Virus record (IMG/VR): IMGVR_UViG_2609459803_000005
DNA length: 7,046 bases
Strand: one strand, 5' to 3'
Source of the DNA: a virus
Taxonomy: Duplodnaviria > Heunggongvirae > Uroviricota > Caudoviricetes
A program made the translations under genes and the position numbers. Below, piece after piece: positions 1 through 5,888 of the stretch (position 1 is the stretch's first letter; every line of letters begins with the position of its first letter). The notes beneath the pieces were generated by a model. The model had not been told where the DNA came from. It searched no databases and saw nothing but the letters and a program-made list of their open reading frames with translations.

Positions 1-537
1 ATGGAACCCCTTCGTGAAATAAGAAATCGGCTGCTTAACGGCTGGCAATTATCAAAAATGCATACTTTTGAAGTGGCTGCCAGGCATCAGTCCTTCGCCC
101 TGGCGGCAGAGGAATTGTCGCTGAGCCCCAGTGCGGTAAGTCACCGTATCAATCAGCTGGAAGAAGAATTGGGCATTCAGTTGTTTGTTCGTTCCCATCG
201 CAAAGTGGAATTAACGCACGAGGGGAAACGTGTTTATTGGGCGCTAAAATCGTCGCTGGATACCCTGAACCAGGAAATTCTTGATATCAAAAATCAGGAG
301 TTATCGGGAACGTTAACTCTGTATTCCCGGCCCTCTATCGCCCAATGCTGGTTGGTGCCCGCATTAGGTGACTTTACACGCCGGTATCTAACAGTAAAAG
401 CCGCCGGGGTATGGGCGGGGGGCATTGAAACACCTTCGGTGGAAACTCCATCGGAAGGCTCTAAATTTTTTGGTTTTGACATGGATAACGAATTCATCAG
501 TGGTTTTGATGTAGGGGCATGGGGAGTATTACTCTGA
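1..537 (+). pseudogene. dsdC: LysR-family transcriptional regulator, dsdC-like (D-serine deaminase activator), N-terminal HTH domain retained, 3' part replaced by unrelated sequence
   Basis: The first ~130 codons carry a classic LysR helix-turn-helix signature (FEVAARHQSFALAAEELSLSPSAVSHRINQLEEELGIQLFVRSHRKVELTHEGKRVY) and match my recollection of E. coli DsdC. After about nt 390-410 the translation (LTVKAAGVWAGGIETPSVETPSEGSKFF...) no longer looks like a LysR co-inducer domain, and the frame stops at 537, whereas LysR regulators are about 300 aa. Symbol assigned from memory. Confidence 0.7.
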
Positions 538-1340
538 TGGCGAAAAATGACTTTAAAGCGTTTGCAACTGATCGAAATGCCAATGTTATGTCGCAGGAGG
601 AATGGGAAGCGTTGCCTGCGCTTATATCCGGATTTACAGCAGGGAAAGCATCCAGTGCGCAAGTCAATAAGGTTATTCGGCAGGCCAGCTTTATTGCTGC
701 AGCTCTGGCCCAGTTTGTAAGTGATAAAACGCAACGGGATGTGCTTGATAATGGTGATCTGCCCGGTTTTGTTGAATTGCTGGGATCGGGGTTTGCTGTT
801 GAATACCTGAGCCGCAAGAATCCGTTTGGTGATATCAAATCGGATGGCACGGTGAAAACAGCTCTCGAAAACCTTGGTTTGGGAGAAGGCTCTGCATTAC
901 CGGTTGGTGTGCCTGTTCCGTGGCCTTCAGCTACACCACCGACAGGCTGGTTGAAATGCAATGGTGCAGCTTTTTCTGCTGAAGAATACCCGGAGCTGGC
1001 AAAGGCTTACCCGACAAATAAATTGCCTGATTTACGTGGTGAGTTTATTCGTGGCTGGGATGATGGGCGTGGAGTGGACAGTGGGCGAGCGTTATTGAGT
1101 GCTCAGAGCGATACGCTGCAAAATATTACAGGTAGCTTTTTGGATATGACCACGGGGCCAAATAATAATACTGTCGGCGCATTTACCTCTTCAACATTGA
1201 CACCAAATCTCGCATCAATTGCGACAGGTGGTACATATAAACAGGCGAATTATTATTTTGATGCATCACGTGTTGCCAGAACATCAACGGAAACACGTGC
1301 GCGAAATATTGCATTTAACTTTATCGTGAGGGCTGCATAA
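519..1340 (+). CDS. Phage tail-fibre protein, C-terminal portion only (5'-truncated remnant: short constant part to ~nt 873 plus variable receptor-binding segment)
   Basis: Tail-fibre C-terminal (collar-type) motif string [54 protein letters not shown]. The same frame has stops at 486-488 and 507-509, so the N-terminal bulk of a normal fibre gene is missing and the ATG at 519 may be fortuitous. The stop overlaps the next gene's start (TAATG at 1338-1342). Confidence 0.8.
   Translation: MGSITLMAKNDFKAFATDRNANVMSQEEWEALPALISGFTAGKASSAQVNKVIRQASFIAAALAQFVSDKTQRDVLDNGDLPGFVELLGSGFAVEYLSRKNPFGDIKSDGTVKTALENLGLGEGSALPVGVPVPWPSATPPTGWLKCNGAAFSAEEYPELAKAYPTNKLPDLRGEFIRGWDDGRGVDSGRALLSAQSDTLQNITGSFLDMTTGPNNNTVGAFTSSTLTPNLASIATGGTYKQANYYFDASRVARTSTETRARNIAFNFIVRAA
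862..887. repeat. Left crossover site of the invertible segment (gix/pix-like; internal dyad AAACC-TT-GGTTT)
   Basis: 15 bp TTGGTTTGGGAGAAG at 874-888 is repeated exactly in inverted orientation at 2739-2753. The flanks also partly match (TCGAAAACC versus TCATAAACG in the reverse complement). The AAACC-NN-GGTTT layout is as I recall for Gin-family crossover sites. It lies in the codons for LGLGE of the fibre gene. Confidence 0.6.
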
Positions 1341-1942
1341 TGGATAACGCTGTATTAAATAGCGAGCTTATTGCCACGAAGGCGGGGAATATTACCGTCT
1401 ATAGCTATGATGGTGAAACTCGGGAATATATTTCCACTTCAAATGAATATCTTGCCGTTGGTGTTGGTATCCCGGCATATTCCTGTCTGGATGAACCTGG
1501 TATACATAAGGCTGGTTATGCAATCTGCCGTTCGGCAGATTTAAACTCATGGGAATATGTGCCAGACCATCGCGGTGAAATCGTCTATAACACCGAAACG
1601 GGAGACGCCAAAGAAATCACAACTCCGGGTGATTACCCCGAAAATACAACCACTATCGCCCCGTTAACGCCATACGATAAATGGGATGGTGAGAAATGGG
1701 TGACAGACACTGAGGCACAACACAGTGCCGCAGTAGACGCGGCAGAAGCACAGCGCCAGTCACTGATTGATGCAGCAATGGCTTCCATTAGTCTGATTCA
1801 GCTGAAATTACAGGCCGGGCGGAAACTGACGCAGGCAGAAACAACCCGACTTAACGTCGTGCTGGATTACATTGACGCGGTGACGGCAACAGATACCAGC
1901 ACCGCGCCTGATGTCATCTGGCCTGAGCTGCCGGAGGCGTAG
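1340..1942 (+). CDS. Tail-fibre assembly protein (Tfa/U-like chaperone)
   Basis: 200-aa ORF whose start is translationally coupled to the fibre gene (TAATG), with a GTGAGGG Shine-Dalgarno 7 nt upstream. Size and position are typical of Tfa, and the C-terminus carries DTSTAPDVIWP, a motif shared with the convergent second assembly gene. Confidence 0.85.
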   Translation: MDNAVLNSELIATKAGNITVYSYDGETREYISTSNEYLAVGVGIPAYSCLDEPGIHKAGYAICRSADLNSWEYVPDHRGEIVYNTETGDAKEITTPGDYPENTTTIAPLTPYDKWDGEKWVTDTEAQHSAAVDAAEAQRQSLIDAAMASISLIQLKLQAGRKLTQAETTRLNVVLDYIDAVTATDTSTAPDVIWPELPEA

Positions 1943-2357
1943 GCCATTCAATATCGGGTGCTGTTGACGTATCAACACGCATCAGCAGCACACGGTATTT
2001 CTTCCATTGGGTGAGAGTTGAAGTTTCTTCATCAGTTGCGATACCAGCATCAACAGCATCCTGACGCCAGGATATTTCACTGTCAGCTTTTGCACGAAAT
2101 GTGGCTTTCATGTTTTCTGCATCTGATATTTTCTGTTCTGGTGAAAGCGGCGGCTCATCAACCCATGCAAGGGTCCCTGAAACCATTCCCAGCATTTTTC
2201 CTGTTGGCTTATTTCCCCCATTAAATCTGACAGCATCCTCATCGCTGATTTCAATACCATCCTGCGGCCATGTCCCCTCCTTGATATAACTTTCATATAG
2301 CGCTGCGTTGTAGATTGCATTTTCGGACGGGCTGTAAACACTTTTAACTTTATTCAT
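1914..2357 (-). CDS. Alternative tail-fibre assembly protein (U'-like), convergent with the first
   Basis: 147-aa ORF with a GGGAGA Shine-Dalgarno 7 nt before its ATG (2357..2355). It sits directly downstream of the minus-strand alternative fibre segment, whose stop TAA (2364..2362) lies between that Shine-Dalgarno and the ATG. C-terminal DTSTAPDIEWP motif. Its 3' end overlaps the plus-strand assembly gene by 29 bp. Confidence 0.8.
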   Translation of the reverse strand: MNKVKSVYSPSENAIYNAALYESYIKEGTWPQDGIEISDEDAVRFNGGNKPTGKMLGMVSGTLAWVDEPPLSPEQKISDAENMKATFRAKADSEISWRQDAVDAGIATDEETSTLTQWKKYRVLLMRVDTSTAPDIEWPTPPAAQAR

Positions 2358-2361
2358 TCTG

Positions 2362-2748
2362 TTATCTCCCTTTCGCTATATAGCAAAGATTAAACCCACC
2401 GGCGCCTGACATACGGGCTGTAAAACCCGTTCTTGAAGTACCAGTTGAGTTAACTCCATAAGCAGGCATGGTTGCTGGAGAAAGCAGAGACTCCTGGATA
2501 TCTGCCATTGTCAGTGTAATTGATTCGACCCGCGCGGGGAAAGGTAGCGGGAAAACAACATTCGTCCCTGTCTGTCCAACGGGGAAACCGAAAATACCCC
2601 ATTGTGTAATTACCCCATCCGGCCCCTTACTCCATCCAGATTTAGGAATCGGCCAGTCTGCTGCTCCAGAGTGCCCCGTTGTAAAACTACTCATATCTGG
2701 TACTTGCCCGGTATCCGTTCCGACGTTCCTCGTTGCCGCTTCTCCCAA
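2362..2748 (-). CDS. Alternative tail-fibre C-terminal variable segment (Sv'-like), silent in this orientation, expressed only after inversion
   Basis: Minus-strand ORF 2362..2793. Residues 15-18 (GLGE) are encoded by the inverted copy of the crossover repeat, so inversion would fuse the upstream fibre remnant (...ENLGLGE) in frame to this segment. The ORF's first ~14 codons lie outside the invertible segment and are probably not coding. Confidence 0.65.
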   Translation of the reverse strand: MGEAATRNVGTDTGQVPDMSSFTTGHSGAADWPIPKSGWSKGPDGVITQWGIFGFPVGQTGTNVVFPLPFPARVESITLTMADIQESLLSPATMPAYGVNSTGTSRTGFTARMSGAGGFNLCYIAKGR

Positions 2749-2765
2749 ACCAACGTTTATGAAAA
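2740..2765. repeat. Right crossover site of the invertible segment (inverted relative to the left site; internal dyad AAACC-AA-CGTTT)
   Basis: CTTCTCCCAAACCAA at 2739-2753 is the exact reverse complement of 874-888. It lies 55-80 bp upstream of the invertase start, the usual arrangement in Gin/Cin/Pin systems. Confidence 0.6.
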
Positions 2766-2819
2766 TGCAGAAATAACGATCAAATGGCATCATTCCTGCT
2801 TTTGTCAGGGAGATCTACC

Positions 2820-3374
2820 ATGCTTATTGGCTATGTACGTGTGTCAACAAATGACCAGAACACAGATCTACAACGTAATGCGCTGAACTGTGCAGGATGC
2901 GAGCTTATTTTTGAAGACAAGATAAGCGGTACAAAGTCCGAAAGGCCGGGACTGAAAAAACTGCTCAGGACATTATCGGCAGGTGACACTCTGGTCGTCT
3001 GGAAGCTGGATCGGCTGGGGCGTAGTATGCGGCATCTTGTCGTGCTGGTGGAGGAGTTGCGCGAACGAGGCATCAACTTTCGTAGTCTGACGGATTCAAT
3101 TGATACCAGCACACCAATGGGACGCTTTTTCTTTCATGTGATGGGTGCCCTGGCTGAAATGGAGCGTGAACTGATTGTTGAACGAACAAAAGTTGGACTG
3201 GAAGCTGCTCGCGCACAGGGACGAATTGGTGGACGTCGCCCCAAACTTACACCAGAACAATGGGAGCAGGCCGGACGATTAATTGCAGCAGGAATTCCTC
3301 GCCAGAAGGTAGCGATCATCTATGATATTGGTGTATCGACTTTGTATAAGAGGTTTCCAGCCAGGATTATATAA
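2820..3374 (+). CDS. Serine recombinase, DNA invertase of the Gin/Pin/Cin/Hin family
   Basis: N-terminus MLIGYVRVSTNDQNTDLQRNAL carries the catalytic-serine motif (YVRVST), followed by DRLGRS and a C-terminal HTH, in a protein of about 185 aa. GGGAGA Shine-Dalgarno 6 nt upstream of the ATG at 2820. The ORF-track start at 2784 is an in-frame upstream extension without a ribosome-binding site. Closely resembles e14 Pin as I remember it. Confidence 0.92.
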   Translation: MLIGYVRVSTNDQNTDLQRNALNCAGCELIFEDKISGTKSERPGLKKLLRTLSAGDTLVVWKLDRLGRSMRHLVVLVEELRERGINFRSLTDSIDTSTPMGRFFFHVMGALAEMERELIVERTKVGLEAARAQGRIGGRRPKLTPEQWEQAGRLIAAGIPRQKVAIIYDIGVSTLYKRFPARII

Positions 3375-3411
3375 AACCGCAGACACGCCGTATGCAAGAC
3401 GTGCTGCGGTT
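3375..3411 (+). terminator. Stem-loop immediately after the invertase stop codon (possible terminator or RNA-stability element; no U-tract)
   Basis: AACCGCAGACACG ... CGTG-CTGCGGTT forms a stem of about 12-13 bp with one bulge, starting 1 nt after the TAA. No T-run follows, so intrinsic termination is doubtful. Confidence 0.25.
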
Positions 3412-3570
3412 GGCTGATGCACTTTCGAGAGTGTATGTATTGAATTATTTCCAGCCGTTACTGATTTTACGTATTTTTTGTATGAGAGGAGTTGCACCAC
3501 CTCTTAAGCATAATTTGTTAGAATCATGGCAGCACAATAGCCATATATCCAATATAAAATACTTAACCTT

Positions 3571-4470
3571 CTAATCATTATGGAGTATTTGATCGCCGTA
3601 TGGCCAGCCATTTTCCCCAGGAAGGGTCATACCTAACATTGGCATAATACTAAGTTGTCCAATGGTAAATCCTAGAGCACTTGTATTACTGATTCCGGCA
3701 TAGGTCATATCAAGGGGGTTAGACTCTGAGCTGGACATAAAAAGATTTCTTGTGCCAATTCTATTCGCCATTGAGAACTGAATATGCCCACCAATTGTAT
3801 TTACGGTGTCCTGAGATATCCAGTTGTTTAACGCGATAAATGGCGCCCGCCACCAGTTAAGCGTGCCATTCTCAAAACGCCCCCTCGTCATCTCAATATC
3901 TTCCCGAAACTGCTGCTTTCTGTCTCCCAAGACTACCGGGGTACCTGTTGTCAGGTCAAGGCAGTCCTCAATTACAAGATTAGTGGGGTTTGATGGGGTG
4001 TTGTAGATCTTAATGATTTTATGTACCTGTGTTCTGAAACAGAATCCGTAAATAATCATCTCCGTTGCTACAGAACGGGGAAAAAACTGGCCAATATCCA
4101 GTATAAATTTTTCCGCGATTCCCTTTGTTAAAACTGCAATTTCATAAAGACTCGGGTAACTATCATAAGTCAACTCCGGCTGCTGAACATCATAATAATT
4201 AACTTCATGTAATGAAGATAATGATACGGCAAGTAACTCCTTCACATTTATACCGATCATTGTTCCTCCTGCAAAGCCGAAACCAAACTCCATAATTTTT
4301 TCCGGAGATAGACGGTATATGTCATTGGAGCGAATAACTGATACCGGAATCGAGAATAGTTTAGGACAGTGATTTGTCATTACACTTTCATGCTGGGTGA
4401 TTCTTGAGTCGCTTACGGCCCAGATACTTTCCCCTTCTTCCCTGTTTAGCCAGCAGGCTATTGCTGTCAT
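3571..4470 (-). CDS. Hypothetical protein, 299 aa, unknown function (possible Ntn-hydrolase/HslV-like N-terminal region, unverified)
   Basis: Long minus-strand ORF (track 3571..4608). I place the start at the ATG at 4470 because it has a strong AAGGGGG Shine-Dalgarno 6 nt upstream. This gives MTAIACWLNREEGESIWAVSDSRIT... I recognise no family with certainty. Confidence 0.7.
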   Translation of the reverse strand: MTAIACWLNREEGESIWAVSDSRITQHESVMTNHCPKLFSIPVSVIRSNDIYRLSPEKIMEFGFGFAGGTMIGINVKELLAVSLSSLHEVNYYDVQQPELTYDSYPSLYEIAVLTKGIAEKFILDIGQFFPRSVATEMIIYGFCFRTQVHKIIKIYNTPSNPTNLVIEDCLDLTTGTPVVLGDRKQQFREDIEMTRGRFENGTLNWWRAPFIALNNWISQDTVNTIGGHIQFSMANRIGTRNLFMSSSESNPLDMTYAGISNTSALGFTIGQLSIMPMLGMTLPGENGWPYGDQILHND

Positions 4471-4872
4471 TGAAAACCCCCTTTTAAGTAAAAAAATCAG
4501 ATTCAGATAGTGCATACATAATTTAGTCAAGTCATCTCTTTTAAGACGCATTGAGAAATGGTTGCTCAAGGTGCGCCAGTGAACGCGCACGAAAATAACT
4601 TCTTGCATTTCCCATTACACTCTGACTTTAGGGCCGCGTTAGATTTTAACATGGTGGCCGTGCATCCATTTAAATTGGTAATCTGGAGAATGAGTAACGC
4701 TGAATAGATTAACAATCTATGCGACTAACGGCCCTTAAAAGCGCAGCTCATAACATCGAATTTTACCAGTTTAGTCATTTTTAAAAAGTGCCCGAAAAAT
4801 GTTGTCCACGATTTGTGCTCTACGTCCCATCTTGACCTACTCCCTGATAATTCACTCAGAAGGCGGTTAGCA

Positions 4873-4900
4873 ATGTCCGTTAAGTGCTCACAACGGACAT
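4873..4900. promoter_or_regulatory. Perfect 9-bp inverted repeat (ATGTCCGTT-N10-AACGGACAT) inside the cargo-cassette spacer; candidate operator or RNA hairpin
   Basis: Directly visible dyad symmetry. It lies between the two cargo genes, inside the questionable 78-aa ORF. Confidence 0.3.
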
Positions 4901-4951
4901 TCAGCCCACTAAATCCGACCGTGTCGCTCAATATGCGGACAGGTTGTAGTG

Positions 4952-5554
4952 CTAACTGCATTGTAGCTGTGAGATTTCACCATCGATGGCTTCTATAACC
5001 TGTTTATAGCGGAGCATGACCTCATCATGAATCATCATTAATCCGCGGCCGTACTCTGTGGCTAGGATTGTGTATCTTTTCAGGTGTGCAAGATGTTCTT
5101 TGTTGCCAGTAATGTCACTTGCAACCTGCGTGGAGTCCAGCCGTTCGATAAGCGCATTATTGCCGCGATAGGAATCAATTAGGCTTCTTGCGCTTGTATA
5201 AAAAGCCACAATTTTTGAGAGTGTTTCTCTATGAACTTCAGGTAGGGATGCCGAGTTGGCTTCATAGAACGTGAAGTAGTTTTGAGTAATGGGGAAAATG
5301 TTATCGAACGGTGAGTTCCGGTCGTATTTTTCGATTTCTTCTGCCATTCTGGCCTGATACAGTTTAATCAGTGAGTCTATTTCCTCTCTGACACCCAATA
5401 GCGTTGTTATACGCTTCTCTCTGGCCGCTGTTGCCTGCTGTTTTGCCTGCTGTTTCACCTGAGTTGTCACTCCTATCATCGTGAAACAGCCACCTAAAAG
5501 AGCTGCTAAAAATGCGGAGATGAGATCTGAATATTCGTGCCAGAAGGTTAGCAT
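4952..5554 (-). CDS. Hypothetical membrane-anchored protein, 200 aa (one N-terminal hydrophobic helix, then a charged, probably helical domain)
   Basis: Minus-strand ORF whose N-terminus has a hydrophobic stretch (LISAFLAALLGGCFTMIGV), followed by a K/Q/E/R-rich segment. No convincing Shine-Dalgarno before the first ATG (5554). An alternative internal start at 5479 has an AGGTGG upstream but would remove part of the hydrophobic helix, so the start is uncertain. Confidence 0.65.
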   Translation of the reverse strand: MLTFWHEYSDLISAFLAALLGGCFTMIGVTTQVKQQAKQQATAAREKRITTLLGVREEIDSLIKLYQARMAEEIEKYDRNSPFDNIFPITQNYFTFYEANSASLPEVHRETLSKIVAFYTSARSLIDSYRGNNALIERLDSTQVASDITGNKEHLAHLKRYTILATEYGRGLMMIHDEVMLRYKQVIEAIDGEISQLQCS

Positions 5555-5565
5555 GGCGAAAATTC

Positions 5566-5588
5566 CATTGGGTTAAATTATGTCTATT
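5566..5588. promoter_or_regulatory. Perfect palindrome GGTTAAAT-N7-ATTTAACC 12 bp upstream of the first cargo gene; candidate operator overlapping a -10-like hexamer (CATAAT on the minus strand, 5572-5577)
   Basis: Exact 8-bp inverted repeat read from the sequence. AT-rich, so more likely a protein-binding site than a stable hairpin. Confidence 0.3.
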
Positions 5589-5888
5589 TAACCACATAAT
5601 GATACGAAGATACCTTCCAAAATGTTGCTATGACCCCATCTGTTGTTGCCTGGCTGGTGACGTGTCTGGGTATTAGCACCGTGCTCTCTCATTATCTAAG
5701 TCTGGGCCAATCCTCGTTCATAACAGGCATTCACTTCAGTCATGGCAGAAAGGTATGCATGCTGGAGAAGTCATGAAAGAAAAGAAGACTTCTGCCTCGT
5801 TTGTCATCACTGTTATCTTCTCATTGATTATGCAGGTCATAGTGGGGACACACAAAGCTTTGTACTATCCGATAGTGGTTAAGGTGGA

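Noticed and set aside
294-961. Minus-strand ORFs 294..734 and 497..961
   Set aside because: Antisense to the dsdC fragment and the tail-fibre gene; no ribosome-binding site or recognisable domain; typical shadow ORFs.
2018-2341. ORFs 2018..2224 (+), 2101..2289 (+) and 2108..2341 (-)
   Set aside because: All lie within the well-supported minus-strand assembly gene (1914..2357), in other frames or antisense; low-complexity translations.
2784-2819. Upstream in-frame extension of the invertase ORF (MASFLLLSGRST...)
   Set aside because: The GGGAGA Shine-Dalgarno sits before the ATG at 2820 and the conserved invertase N-terminus begins MLIGYVRVST; the extension is probably untranslated.
2468-2886. 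Plus-strand ORFs 2468..2776 and 2602..2886
   Set aside because: Antisense to the alternative fibre segment and run across the crossover site into the invertase gene; no support.
2831-3500. Minus-strand ORFs 2831..3112, 3134..3319 and 3279..3500
   Set aside because: Antisense to the invertase gene or in the intergenic region; Arg/Ser-rich low-complexity translations.
3392-3574. Plus-strand ORF 3392..3574 in the invertase/cargo intergenic region
   Set aside because: No ribosome-binding site, unremarkable composition, ends against the stop of the convergent 299-aa gene; likely non-coding.
3824-4006. Plus-strand ORF 3824..4006
   Set aside because: Antisense within the 299-aa gene.
4471-4608. 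N-terminal extension of the 299-aa ORF back to the ATG at 4608
   Set aside because: No Shine-Dalgarno at 4608, whereas the ATG at 4470 has a strong one; the extension would also run through the likely promoter region.
4471-4951. Retron (msr/msd plus reverse transcriptase) explanation for the inverted repeats in the spacer
   Set aside because: Neither adjacent protein shows a reverse-transcriptase YxDD motif, so I do not call a retron, although a structured RNA remains possible.
4813-4998. Plus-strand ORF 4813..4998
   Set aside because: Antisense across the end of the 200-aa gene; no support.
3571-5554. Cargo genes as the gtrA/gtrB O-antigen glucosylation genes found at this position in K-12 CPS-53
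   Set aside because: The 200-aa protein has one hydrophobic segment rather than the small multi-pass GtrA layout, and the 299-aa protein does not resemble the GtrB glycosyltransferase sequence as I recall it.
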